Below, in pieces: positions 10,117 to 20,153 of a DNA stretch of 64,000 bases. Position numbers and translations under genes: made by a program. Source of the DNA: Ignavibacteria bacterium (GTDB lineage Bacteria > Bacteroidota > Ignavibacteria > UBA10030). The first letter of the stretch is position 1, and each line of letters opens with the position of its first letter. Below the pieces are notes generated by a model. That model did not search any database and was not told where the DNA came from. It worked only from the letters and a program-made list of their open reading frames with translations. The stretch is from assembly GCA_016873805.1 (NCBI GenBank), contig VGVZ01000014.1:8522-72521 (forward strand), written 5' to 3'.

Positions 10117-13100
10117 TTATTGTTTTGAGAATTTCAGAAACAGCGCTGGGATAACAATCATATTCAAGGCGGTCGAACTCAGGAGTCCTCCCAGGATCAC
10201 AATTGCCATCGGCGACTGAATTTCGTTTCCGGGTTCATGACCGGCAATTGCCAGAGGAATCAATGCGAGTCCCGCTGCGAGGGCGGTCATCAACACCGGA
10301 CTGAGCCTCTCCATTGATCCCTGGCGAATAGCCCCGACGAGCGACTTGCCTTCCGCAAGAAGCGTATTATAATGCGAAACCATCAGGATGCCGTTCCTCG
10401 TGGCGATTCCGAACAACGTGATGAATCCAACAAGCGATGCCACACTTATGACACCGCTCGAGAAGAATACGGCGCCAATTCCGCCAATTAACGCGAGAGG
10501 AAGATTCACCATAACGACCATGGCAGTTCGCATCGACTTGAATTCGATGTACAGCAGAAGGAAGATCGTGAAGATGGCAGCGATGCCCAGCAGGGATATG
10601 ACTCGCGTCGCCTCTTGCTCGCTCTCAAACTGGCCGCCGTATTCGATAAAATAGCCCTGAGGGAGCGTTACGTTCATCCCGATCCGCCGTTGGATGTCCC
10701 CGACTACACTCCTCAAATCACGATCCGAAACGTTTGACTGAACAACAATTTTCCGCTGGACATTCTCCCGGCTAATCGTATTGATCCCTTTTTCCGAAAC
10801 AATGGTCGCCAGTTCCTGGATGGGGACTTTGACGCCCAATGGGGTGTCGAACAGTGCCTGTCGGATCTTCTCTATGCTGCCGCGGTGATTCTCATTGAAT
10901 CGAACGAGAAGATCGAAACTTTGCTGCCCCTCGAGAACCTGTGAAACGACCTCGCCATTGAACGCCACATCGAGTGCCTCGGAAAAATCAGCCACGGTCA
11001 TTCCGTATCTTGCCATCTGAAGTCTGTTTGCTTTGATTCGGATTTGCGGAACGTTCATCTGTTGTTCAGTGGCCAAATCGACAATCCCTTCGACCTGTTC
11101 CATTTGCTTCCGAACTTCTTCGGCGATTGACCGCAAGCGGAACAAGTCGGGTCCAAAGATCTTGACTGCAATGTTGGCCCGGGTACCAGAAAGCATGTGA
11201 TCAATACGGTGTCCGAGGGGCTGGCCAATTGTGATATTGGTACCGGGCACAACGGAGAGCATCTTCCGGAGATCCGACAGCACCTGCTCCTTCGACATTC
11301 CGTTAAGCTCTAACCGGGCATCCAGCTCAGCAGAGTTGACGCCCTGGGCGTGCTCGTCCAGCTCGGCTCTCCCCGTGCGGCGGGCCGTAGAGACTATCGA
11401 TGGGTGACTCAGGAGAATCTTCTCGACGTGATTTCCGATCTTGTTGGATTCGTGGAGGGAGGTCCCTGGCATTGTAACAACGCTGATGGTTAGGGACCCT
11501 TCATTGAATTCGGGAAGGAAGGCACGGCCAAGAAACGGAACAATCGCGACGGCTGCAATCAGCGAGATTCCGGCGGATACAAGGACAAGTCCGGGTCTGC
11601 TGAAAACAATGTCGAGTGTCCGGGAGTAGACCGCCTTCAAACGCAAGACCAAGAAGCTGTCCTCTTTTCGCTCCAGGAATCCAGCACGGGGGAGCATGAA
11701 GGCGCACAATGCCGGTGTAACAGTCAGCGCGATGATAAGAGACGCGCCGATTGAAGCAATATAGGCGATGCCCAAAGGACGCAGCAAACGTCCTTCGACA
11801 CCGGTCAGGAAGAAAAGAGGCAGAAACACAGCAATGATAATCAACGTTGCATTGACAATCGAAGACCGGATCTCCCGCGATGCATCGTAAATGACATCAA
11901 AGGCGGGGCGTGGGTTCTGAGCATGCTTGTTTTCCTTCAACCGCCGGAACACGTTTTCCACATCAATAATGGCATCATCAACAATCGCACCGATGGCAAT
12001 TGCCATTCCCCCGAGTGTCATGGTATTGATAGTGATATCGAAAAGCTTCATCACAAACACGGCGAAGATGAGCGACAGCGGCATTGCTGTCAGCGAGATG
12101 AAGGTTGTTCGGGTGTTTGCGAGGAACAACACCAATACAACAATGACGAGTATGGCTCCATCCCTGAGGGCGGCGACAACGTTGTCTATGGCCACCTGAA
12201 TAAAGTCAGCCTGCCTGAAGATGTGCGAATTTATTGTCATTCCTTCCGGCAGGGTTTTCTGAATCTCATCGAGTGTCTGCTCTATTCGTCTTGTGAGTTC
12301 CAGGGTGTTGGCGCCCGGTTGCTTCTGAATGGAAATCACAACGGCAGGCTTGGCGTTAACCGAGGCATCCCCGATCTTTACTGCCGCATCTATCTCCACG
12401 TCCGCGATATCTCTGACAAGAATAGGAATACGGTTTCGGATGGCGACGACCGCGCCCCTGATATCGTCAGTTGAATACACACGGCCGAGGCCTCGTATGA
12501 GATACTCTTGCCCCTTTTCCATGAACACGCCGCCCGAGGAATTCTGATTCGATTCTTCAACGGCACGTAGAACTTCTTGAAGGGAGAGACGGTATGCACG
12601 GAGCCTGTCCGGGTCGACAAGAACCTGATATTGCTTCCGGCCTCCGCCGATGGGAATGACCTGAGAAACACCCGGAACCGCGAGAAGCCTCTTGCGAATC
12701 GTCCAATCTGCAATCGTGCGTACATCGAGCTCGCTGTGATGATCGCTGGAAAGGCTCACAAGCATGATTTCGCCCATGATGGATGAAATCGGTGCAAGCA
12801 CTGGTTGGGCAACGCCGCGCGGAAGCTGTGAGCTCACAAGTTGAAGTTTTTCGTTGACGATCTGGCGGGCGATGAAAATATCGGTTCCCCAATCGAACTC
12901 AACCCAGATAATGGAGATACCCATGGCTGACGATGAGCGCACACGTCGAACGCCAGTCGCCCCGTTGACCGCTGTTTCCACAGGGAACGTGACCATGGTT
13001 TCCACTTCCTCGGTCGCCATGCCATGGGCCTCTGTGAGGATAACCACGGTTGGCGCAGTAAGGTCGGGAAAAACATCAACCGGGATCTGGGTGACTGTCA

Positions 13101-13185
13101 ACGCTCCGATAATGGATAAAGCGCCGGCGCCAATCACGACGAGAAACTTGTTCTTAAGGGAAGCTTTGATAATTCTATCGAGCAT
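10117..13185 (-). CDS. Heavy-metal efflux RND permease, CusA/CzcA family
   Basis: 1022 aa; PVDVFPDL, TLGGMAIAIGAIVDDAIIDVEN, FLPEFNEG, ERLSPVLMTA. Confidence 0.93.
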   Translation of the reverse strand: MLDRIIKASLKNKFLVVIGAGALSIIGALTVTQIPVDVFPDLTAPTVVILTEAHGMATEEVETMVTFPVETAVNGATGVRRVRSSSAMGISIIWVEFDWGTDIFIARQIVNEKLQLVSSQLPRGVAQPVLAPISSIMGEIMLVSLSSDHHSELDVRTIADWTIRKRLLAVPGVSQVIPIGGGRKQYQVLVDPDRLRAYRLSLQEVLRAVEESNQNSSGGVFMEKGQEYLIRGLGRVYSTDDIRGAVVAIRNRIPILVRDIADVEIDAAVKIGDASVNAKPAVVISIQKQPGANTLELTRRIEQTLDEIQKTLPEGMTINSHIFRQADFIQVAIDNVVAALRDGAILVIVVLVLFLANTRTTFISLTAMPLSLIFAVFVMKLFDITINTMTLGGMAIAIGAIVDDAIIDVENVFRRLKENKHAQNPRPAFDVIYDASREIRSSIVNATLIIIAVFLPLFFLTGVEGRLLRPLGIAYIASIGASLIIALTVTPALCAFMLPRAGFLERKEDSFLVLRLKAVYSRTLDIVFSRPGLVLVSAGISLIAAVAIVPFLGRAFLPEFNEGSLTISVVTMPGTSLHESNKIGNHVEKILLSHPSIVSTARRTGRAELDEHAQGVNSAELDARLELNGMSKEQVLSDLRKMLSVVPGTNITIGQPLGHRIDHMLSGTRANIAVKIFGPDLFRLRSIAEEVRKQMEQVEGIVDLATEQQMNVPQIRIKANRLQMARYGMTVADFSEALDVAFNGEVVSQVLEGQQSFDLLVRFNENHRGSIEKIRQALFDTPLGVKVPIQELATIVSEKGINTISRENVQRKIVVQSNVSDRDLRSVVGDIQRRIGMNVTLPQGYFIEYGGQFESEQEATRVISLLGIAAIFTIFLLLYIEFKSMRTAMVVMVNLPLALIGGIGAVFFSSGVISVASLVGFITLFGIATRNGILMVSHYNTLLAEGKSLVGAIRQGSMERLSPVLMTALAAGLALIPLAIAGHEPGNEIQSPMAIVILGGLLSSTALNMIVIPALFLKFSKQ

Positions 13186-13195
13186 AGTTCAATTC

Positions 13196-14218
13196 CTAGT
13201 GCGAGTGTCGCTCAAGTCCGTCGTGCGTGTGTTCATGAATACGGTGATGCTCCTCGCCCGCCAAGTCTTCGGGATCAACATGAACGAGGACATCTCCAAG
13301 GTTTTCAAACTTGTGGAGTAGCTGATGGCGAACCTCGGTTGCGATTGCATGACCCTCGGTAACGGACAGATGTGAGTCCACGGCAACGTTAATTTCAACA
13401 CGCAGGCGGTGACCCAGCCATCGTGCCCTTGCTGCTCCAACAGATTTCACCCCTTTGATATGCTGCGTTGCATGGAGAATCTCGTCGAATAATCCCGTTT
13501 CGATTCCATCGAGCAAACGAGCAACAATGGACTTTCCAGATTCCCACACGATAAAGAGAATAGCAATGGTGATGCCGATCCCGACAAGAGGATCGGCAAG
13601 CGGAAAGCCGATCCAGACGCCAATTGCTCCGACGAGAACACTTAGACTCGTCCATCCGTCCACACGAGCGTGATAGCCATCGGCAACCAAAGCCGCACTT
13701 CCGATTTGTTTGCCAACCTTGATTCGAAACAAGGCAACGGCTTCGTTTCCGAGGAATCCGACCACAGAGGCCGCGATCACCGCCCACACATATGAGATCT
13801 CTGCTGGGTGAAAGAATCTGTCAACCGCTTCATAGCCCGCCACGAATGCACTAGCAAGGATTGTAAGGACAACGGCAACGTCTTCGACGCGGCCCCAGCC
13901 GTATGTGAACCTCTTGGTTGGCGTAAGCCGGGCAAACATGAAAGCCACCGCGAGCGGCACAGCGGTAAAAGCGTCACCGATGTTATGAATTGTGTCGGCA
14001 AGCAGGGCAACGCTGTTGGAGAGAACAACCACGGCAATTTGAAGAAACGCTGTCATCATCAGTCCGACGAAGGACCATTTTACGGCCCACACTCCACGCT
14101 TGGAAGTGGCCATCAAAGGATCAACGACGCCGTGCGTGTGAGCATGATGCCGGTGGTCCTGCGAATGGTCATTATTGCCTGCTGTACCCATGACAGATCC
14201 TTGATCTCTAATGCTCAT
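13196..14218 (-). CDS. Cation diffusion facilitator (CDF) transporter with His-rich termini
   Basis: ALLADTIHNIGD, FTYGWGRVED, ADGYHARVD, VHVDP; His-rich N- and C-termini. Confidence 0.9.
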   Translation of the reverse strand: MSIRDQGSVMGTAGNNDHSQDHRHHAHTHGVVDPLMATSKRGVWAVKWSFVGLMMTAFLQIAVVVLSNSVALLADTIHNIGDAFTAVPLAVAFMFARLTPTKRFTYGWGRVEDVAVVLTILASAFVAGYEAVDRFFHPAEISYVWAVIAASVVGFLGNEAVALFRIKVGKQIGSAALVADGYHARVDGWTSLSVLVGAIGVWIGFPLADPLVGIGITIAILFIVWESGKSIVARLLDGIETGLFDEILHATQHIKGVKSVGAARARWLGHRLRVEINVAVDSHLSVTEGHAIATEVRHQLLHKFENLGDVLVHVDPEDLAGEEHHRIHEHTHDGLERHSH

Positions 14219-15734
14219 GCCCGTGTGCTGGAAGCTGCGAAGAAAGCGAAGCCAGCCGGACCTGGTACGCCCCGACCGTCACGACGCGCTCACCTTCTGC
14301 GAGTCCGCTCAGAATCCCCACATCCGTTCCGTTCCTCTCACCCAGGGTCACATCCCGTTTTACAAACGCTTCGCCTTCCACCTGTACATAGACGCTGTAG
14401 CGTCCCTCTTCTTCGACCAAGGCAGATTCAGAAACAACGAGCGCTCTTTTTTCGTCACCTACGGCAATGCTCACTTCACCAAACATGCCCACCCGCAGGC
14501 GCCCATCCGGGTTCCGGATTTCAAAGATAACGGGGAATGTTCGGGTCTCAGGATCTATGGCTGCGCCAACGGTGACGAGCTTGCCGTTTTCTTCGCTCAC
14601 CTCGAACTGTTCGATGCCCCCGGCGAATTGGATCCAGGCCTGCCTTGGACGGCTGAGTCTTCCAATTTCAGTTGATGCAACGTTTGCCCGCATCCAAAGC
14701 GAGCCTGTGTCAATGATGCGAAATAAGGGCTCACCGGCGTTCACCTGTTTCCCGGGCACGACATTCATCTCGACGATGGTTCCGGAGAGGGGAGTTCGGA
14801 GGGTGAATCCGCCAAACGATTGACTCTCATCATTTGAACCTGCAAACTTGCGCAGCGTTTGATAGGTCGCTTCGGCTCCTTTGAATTCAGCGTCTGCTTC
14901 CTGGTATTCTTTTTCCGAAATCAGGCCCGCAGCGTAGAGTTTCTTTGCGCGCTCGAATTCTTTGGCGGTAAGATCGCGGTCTGATTGCGCCTCGATGAAC
15001 CGTGAAGCGAAGTTTTCGACACCGCCGGGAGTTTCAGCTGAGGGGAGCATCAATGCGAGTGGATCGTCGCGGCGGACGTATTGTCCAATGGTCGGAAGGT
15101 TACGGTTCTCTTCCGACGGTATTGTGCCGGTAAATGGCGCCGGGACGATTGCCTCGTTGTTGAGCTTTGGAACGATCTCGCACGCAGCCCGGATCGTACC
15201 AGTCAAGCGCATCACTTCCGCCGCCTGTGTGCGGAAATCCGTGTTCCACTGCTGTTCTTTCAGGAATGTGATGACTTGTTCGCCCTGAGACGCTTCCTCA
15301 GATGGAATTTCCTCCAAAGCTGAAAATACCCGCAGTCCTTCAACGTACAGAGTGTCCGTCGAGCCACCGTCGATGATCATCATGAGTCGATAGATCCCCG
15401 GTTGACCAAACGTTACCGTGGGTCTGAAGATGCCGGGAGAGGTTGGCTCCTTTGCTGTCGCAGTGACTGTCGATCGGCCAGCCGACGTGAACAAAAGTGA
15501 TAGCGTCCCTTCCCTCACTGGCTTGAAATCGGACAACCAAGTCAAGTGAACTGCGAAGCGCTTCTCCTCACCAACGATAAGAGGGGGATACTCCATGAAG
15601 AGCTCCGATTTATCTGTCCAGAGTGTTATCGATCCGCCGCCCTGGGCACCCGAATTCCTCGCCTCATCCGTGCGGGTGCAACCAAGCAGAGCAAGAGCGG
15701 TGATGGTGCAAATAGCAAAATGCATTACTTTCAT
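14208..15734 (-). CDS. RND efflux periplasmic adaptor (membrane fusion lipoprotein, CzcB-like)
   Basis: Lipobox LLGC, TPLSGTI, IDPETRT, LRVGMFG, GLAEGERVVTVGAY, C-terminal AHGHEH. ORF extends to 15794. Confidence 0.88.
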   Translation of the reverse strand: MKVMHFAICTITALALLGCTRTDEARNSGAQGGGSITLWTDKSELFMEYPPLIVGEEKRFAVHLTWLSDFKPVREGTLSLLFTSAGRSTVTATAKEPTSPGIFRPTVTFGQPGIYRLMMIIDGGSTDTLYVEGLRVFSALEEIPSEEASQGEQVITFLKEQQWNTDFRTQAAEVMRLTGTIRAACEIVPKLNNEAIVPAPFTGTIPSEENRNLPTIGQYVRRDDPLALMLPSAETPGGVENFASRFIEAQSDRDLTAKEFERAKKLYAAGLISEKEYQEADAEFKGAEATYQTLRKFAGSNDESQSFGGFTLRTPLSGTIVEMNVVPGKQVNAGEPLFRIIDTGSLWMRANVASTEIGRLSRPRQAWIQFAGGIEQFEVSEENGKLVTVGAAIDPETRTFPVIFEIRNPDGRLRVGMFGEVSIAVGDEKRALVVSESALVEEEGRYSVYVQVEGEAFVKRDVTLGERNGTDVGILSGLAEGERVVTVGAYQVRLASLSSQLPAHGHEH

Positions 15735-15834
15735 AGTGAAAGTCCTTCGTGAACCCAAAAGAGATTTGAGTCGGCTCAAAATGGAATGAATCACCCGCGT
15801 CAGCAGAGTGACCCGGCGAATTGAGGGATAATTC

Positions 15835-16284
15835 CTAAGAAACAGCGGGCGGAGAGCGACCTGAGTCCGGGTGGTCTGCCCGTGCGAGAAGCGGAGGCGG
15901 GAACTCCCAGGGTAATGCGAACAGGAATGAAATCGAGAGATTTGAAAACGCCGGTTTCGTCAAGTCGACGGGAACGGTGATGAAACCGTGAATCAAATGC
16001 CCCGCCCGCAACGTCGGAGCAGGAAGAGCGATGAGTCGAACAATAGGGACTGCGTGATCATGGACCCGATCGGCAAGCACTGCACGGGTGTGACTGAAAG
16101 CAACAACCTCATCCGGATGCACATGCGCTGTCCATGAATGCGAATGGAGATTTTCGCCTTCGTGTTTGTGATTCAGCGATTCATGAAAGTGCAAACCGTC
16201 CCCCAATATCAGTCCAATTGCATAAGAGAAAACGATGGCTGACAGAGGGACAAAATGCAACGATATTCGGCGTATTGGTGACAT
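15835..16284 (-). CDS. His-rich hypothetical protein, candidate leader/arrest peptide (C-terminal RSPP)
   Basis: N-terminal hydrophobic segment, HFHESLNHKH...HSHSW...HVH, ends GRSPPAVS; first gene of the efflux operon. Confidence 0.6.
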   Translation of the reverse strand: MSPIRRISLHFVPLSAIVFSYAIGLILGDGLHFHESLNHKHEGENLHSHSWTAHVHPDEVVAFSHTRAVLADRVHDHAVPIVRLIALPAPTLRAGHLIHGFITVPVDLTKPAFSNLSISFLFALPWEFPPPLLARADHPDSGRSPPAVS

Positions 16285-16336
16285 TGTCGACGTTGTTCAA
16301 TGTAGAGAATTCCGCTTCTAACTGCACGACAAATTT

Positions 16337-16821
16337 TCATGGGGCCAACTTTTTCTGAATGAGAGCTTCGCCACTAAGACTGTGCGGATGTCCCTCGTCC
16401 AAAGCCTGACTGTTGAAAAAAGCGATCAGTTTCTTGCCAACTGCACGGGAACACATCCCGTGGTTCCTCTCCAACCTGCTCAACGTCCCCGGATCTATCC
16501 CGATCTGTCGGGCAAGCTCCTTCTGCGTCATTCCTTGATCCCGCCGGTATTTCAATAGCTTCTCTCCCAACGTCTTCGGCTCATTTGGGGCAAGATCATA
16601 ACCAAGGAATTCTCGGATTGCCGGTTGATATCTGAGTGTCGGCTTCGATCTGTTCCACTCCCAGTTGCGGATCGTGTCAACCTCGACTCCAAGACGGTCG
16701 GCAAGCTGGCTCTGGGTCATCTCAAGCTCCATTCTCCGCTTCCGAATGTGGTCCCCGATGGTGTTCAGAACAGTGGGCAGTTTCGTAAGTTTTTGGGCTG
16801 TTAAGCGGATTTGACAGAAAG
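16337..16821 (-). CDS. Tandem XRE-family helix-turn-helix protein; 5' end lies at the island junction
   Basis: Two HTH_3 domains: IGDHIRKRRMELEMTQSQLADRLGVEVDTIRNWE and LGEKLLKYRRDQGMTQKELARQIGIDPGTLSRLE. True start uncertain. Confidence 0.8.
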
Positions 16822-17294
16822 GCCATGAACCCCTGTCCGTGCGGACATTACGGAAACCCCCAACAGTCGTGCAGCTGCACACCACTGCAGATCCAGAAAT
16901 ATGTCGGAAAGATCTCCGGACCCCTGCTCGACCGCATTGATATTCACGTCGAAGTACCGGCTGTCAAATATCAGGAGCTTTCTTCGCGGAGGGATGGAGA
17001 GCTCTCCGAACGCATACGCGATCGAGTTATCCGTGCCAGGGAGATCCAGCGTCAACGGTTTGCTTCTCCCGGATTGTATTCGAACGCCGACATGGAGACG
17101 CGTGAGATTAAGGAAGTGTGCGTGCTCGATCTGCCAGGAGCAGAGTTGTTGAAGCTTGCCATGCAGCGTTTCGGACTCTCTGCGCGCGCATATGACAGAA
17201 TTCTGAAGGTCGCGCGCACGATTGCCGATCTGGAGGGAGCCGAGAACATCCGGCCTGAACATCTCAGCGAAGCCATTCAGTATCGGAGCCTGGA
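16822..17294 (+). repeat. 473-bp direct repeat, right copy (3' part of comM)
   Basis: Begins GCCATGAACCCC; matches 9590-10062. Confidence 0.92.
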
Positions 17295-17319
17295 CCGAAG
17301 TTTCTACGGCATTGTCTGA
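16825..17319 (+). pseudogene. comM: comM 3' fragment (164 aa, starts at MNPCPCG)
   Basis: Same protein sequence as the C-terminus of 8546-10084 except for the tail (SFYGIV vs TFYAV). Confidence 0.88.
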
Positions 17320-17416
17320 AGAACCGATCTCGTCTTCAACACCCGCTTTCTTGTAACTCCATCACGCATTGTGTATATTCATCACACCGCCACTCATTTT
17401 GTCCACGTGGTCTCGC

Positions 17417-18427
17417 ATGAAGATTGGCAGCATCAATATCGATCGCCCCGTTGTCCTTGCTCCTATGGAGGATGTGACAGACCGTTCGTTCCGATTGATC
17501 TGCAAGCGACTCGGGGCTGATATGTTGTACACAGAGTTTGTGAACGCCGAGGGGTTGGTTCGCCAGTCCGATAAAACCCGCCGCAAAATGCTTTTCGACG
17601 ATGACGAACGTCCTTTCGGGATTCAGCTCTATGGCGGAGTCGATACGTCGATGGAGGGAGCCGCTCGGATGGCCGAAGAGCTTCATCCTGACCTCATCGA
17701 TATCAATTGCGGTTGCTGGGTGAAGAATGTCGCGATGCGGGGCGCCGGTGCCGGCTTACTGAGAGATCTGCCGCGATTGGAACAGCTCGTCTCAACTGTC
17801 GTGAAAAGCGTTTCCCTACCCGTCACTGTGAAGACTCGGCTCGGATGGGATGCCGAAAGCATTAAGATCGTCGAGGTCGCAAAGATGCTTGAACAGACAG
17901 GCATCAGGGGACTGACGATTCATTGCCGCACGCGCGCACAAGGCCACAAGGGTGAACCCGATTTCAGCTGGATTCCCGAGATCAAGCGCCATGTCTCAAT
18001 TCCGATTATTGCCAACGGTAGCCTGGAGACACCCGAACAAATTCAAAGGGTGTTCAGTGAAACCGGCTGTGACGGTGTCATGATCGGTCGAGCCGCGATC
18101 GACAATCCCTGGATATTCGAGCAAACCAAGATGTACCGTGCAACGGGATCATATGCCCCGGTATCTGTCGATCAACGGATCGAACTAATGCTGACGCACT
18201 TGGGTCTCGCCGTTCAGCACAAAGGAGAGCGAAAAGGTATCATCGAGTTTCGCAAGCACTACAGCGGGTATCTCAAGGGGATACCCAATTCCGCAAGTCT
18301 CCGCTCCGAGTTGATGCAATATACGTTGCACACGCCAATCGTCGAAAAGATCCAGCGGTTCCACGAGCGGCTCGCATCTGATTGCTCTGCCCCTCCGATG
18401 GTCCGACCAGTGAATGAAAATGGATAA
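17417..18427 (+). CDS. dusB: tRNA-dihydrouridine synthase B
   Basis: LAPMEDVTD, YTEFV, IDINCGC, PVTVKTRLGW, IHCRTRAQ, DGVMIGRAAIDNPWIF. Confidence 0.9.
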   Translation: MKIGSINIDRPVVLAPMEDVTDRSFRLICKRLGADMLYTEFVNAEGLVRQSDKTRRKMLFDDDERPFGIQLYGGVDTSMEGAARMAEELHPDLIDINCGCWVKNVAMRGAGAGLLRDLPRLEQLVSTVVKSVSLPVTVKTRLGWDAESIKIVEVAKMLEQTGIRGLTIHCRTRAQGHKGEPDFSWIPEIKRHVSIPIIANGSLETPEQIQRVFSETGCDGVMIGRAAIDNPWIFEQTKMYRATGSYAPVSVDQRIELMLTHLGLAVQHKGERKGIIEFRKHYSGYLKGIPNSASLRSELMQYTLHTPIVEKIQRFHERLASDCSAPPMVRPVNENG

Positions 18428-20153
18428 GAAGCATGTCGCTCACATCCTTGAAGAGATCGGCACGTTGCTCGATCTCCGCGGCGAAAACAGCTTCAAGTGC
18501 CGCGCCTATCATAATGCCGCACGCACGATTGAATCGTTGGGCGAAGATCTCGAGCAGCTCGTCCGATCCGGTGAGCTGACAAATGTTAAGGGAATCGGAA
18601 AGGGAATTGGCGACAAGATTACCGAGCTCGTCACCACGGGCCGGATGGAGTACCATGAGGAGCTCAAACGCTCGCTCCCCCCTGGTCTTCCGGATATGCT
18701 CAGAATCCAGGGACTCGGACCGAAGAAGGTCAAAGTTCTTTTTGATCAGCTCGGTATCGAATCGATCGCCCAACTGAAGCAAGCAGCGGAGGAGCACCGT
18801 CTGCAAAACCTGGATGGCTTCGGCGCCAGGACGGAAGAGAACATACTTGTCGGGATCGATTCCCTCGAGAGGCATGCCGATCGTTTTCTGTATCCAGTGG
18901 CCTCTGAGGCCGCAAGGAGGATCGTCGAATCGCTCAAGCGACTTCCGGGTGTGACGGCGTGCGAAATCACCGGCAGTTTGCGTCGGAAGAAGGAGACAAT
19001 CGGTGATATCGATATTCTCGTGAGCGCTTCGGAAAAACAGCGAAAGCCGATCATGCAGGCATTTTCATCGCATGAAGAGGTTGTGCGGGTGATTGCTCAG
19101 GGTGAGACGAAATCGAGCGTCACGCTTCGAATCGGCATCAACTGTGATGTGCGGATAGTGTCGAAGGCGGAATTCCCTTTCGCCCTCAATTATTTTACGG
19201 GCAGTAAGGAACACAACGTCGAAATGCGCTCTCGCGCCCTTGCGAAGGGATGGTCATTGAACGAATACGGCTTCTCGCCGGCAAAAGGGGGGAAGGGCAA
19301 ACGACGCATCCCGGAGTGCACAACCGAGAACGATCTCTATCGGGCACTTGGTCTTGAGTTCGTCCCGCCCGAATTACGGGAGGAGATGGGGGAGTTTGAG
19401 GCAGCCGAACAAGGGATGCTCCCCGAACTTGTCGAGCTCAAAGATCTTCGGGGAACGTTTCATTGCCACACGAACTTCAGCGACGGGGCAAATTCGCTCG
19501 CTGAGATGGTGGCTGCAGCTCAAGCCCTCGGCTGGAGCTACCTCGGTATTGCAGATCACAGCCACTCGGCCGCGTATGCCGGGGGACTTTCGCCCGCAAG
19601 AGTAAGAGCGCAATTCAAAGAGATCGAAAGCGTCCAAAAGCGGCTCAAGGGTTTTCGAATCTACAGAGGCTCAGAGGTTGATATTCTGAGTGATGGGTCG
19701 CTCGACTTCAACGACAAAATCTTGGCTTCTTTCGACTATGTCGTGGCCTCTATCCATAGCAAATTCAAGATGAACGAAGCTGAGGCAACCAAGCGCATCA
19801 TCAAGGCGTTGAAAAACAAGTTCGTGACGATGCTCGGCCATCCGACGGGAAGACTGCTCCTTAGTCGGGACCCATACCCGGTGAACATGACAGAAGTGCT
19901 TCAGGCGGCAGCAGACTACGGTAGGGCGATTGAGATCAATGCCCATCCGATGCGGTTGGATCTCGATTGGCGATTGGTTCGCCAGGCGAAAGCGAAGAAG
20001 ATCCCAATTTTCATCAATCCAGATGCGCACAACACAGAAGGATTGAGGGATGTCGAATACGGCGTGAATGTCGCGCGGAAGGGATGGTTGAGCGCTAAGG
20101 ACGTCGCAAATACGTGGAGTCAACGACAAATCGACAGATTCTTTCAGAAGTAG
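18414..20153 (+). CDS. polX: DNA polymerase X / PHP 3'-5' exonuclease
   Basis: HhH repeats, GSLRRKKETIGDIDIL, YFTGSKEHN, HCHTNFSDG, ADHSH, GHPTGR, INPDAH. Confidence 0.93.
   Translation: MKMDKKHVAHILEEIGTLLDLRGENSFKCRAYHNAARTIESLGEDLEQLVRSGELTNVKGIGKGIGDKITELVTTGRMEYHEELKRSLPPGLPDMLRIQGLGPKKVKVLFDQLGIESIAQLKQAAEEHRLQNLDGFGARTEENILVGIDSLERHADRFLYPVASEAARRIVESLKRLPGVTACEITGSLRRKKETIGDIDILVSASEKQRKPIMQAFSSHEEVVRVIAQGETKSSVTLRIGINCDVRIVSKAEFPFALNYFTGSKEHNVEMRSRALAKGWSLNEYGFSPAKGGKGKRRIPECTTENDLYRALGLEFVPPELREEMGEFEAAEQGMLPELVELKDLRGTFHCHTNFSDGANSLAEMVAAAQALGWSYLGIADHSHSAAYAGGLSPARVRAQFKEIESVQKRLKGFRIYRGSEVDILSDGSLDFNDKILASFDYVVASIHSKFKMNEAEATKRIIKALKNKFVTMLGHPTGRLLLSRDPYPVNMTEVLQAAADYGRAIEINAHPMRLDLDWRLVRQAKAKKIPIFINPDAHNTEGLRDVEYGVNVARKGWLSAKDVANTWSQRQIDRFFQK

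Larger units (their letters stand above)
10063..17294. mobile_element. comM-associated heavy-metal efflux genomic island, no integrase visible
   Basis: Bounded by the comM 3' duplication; cargo on the opposite strand (RND pump, CDF, MFP, His-rich leader, XRE regulator). Confidence 0.7.
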
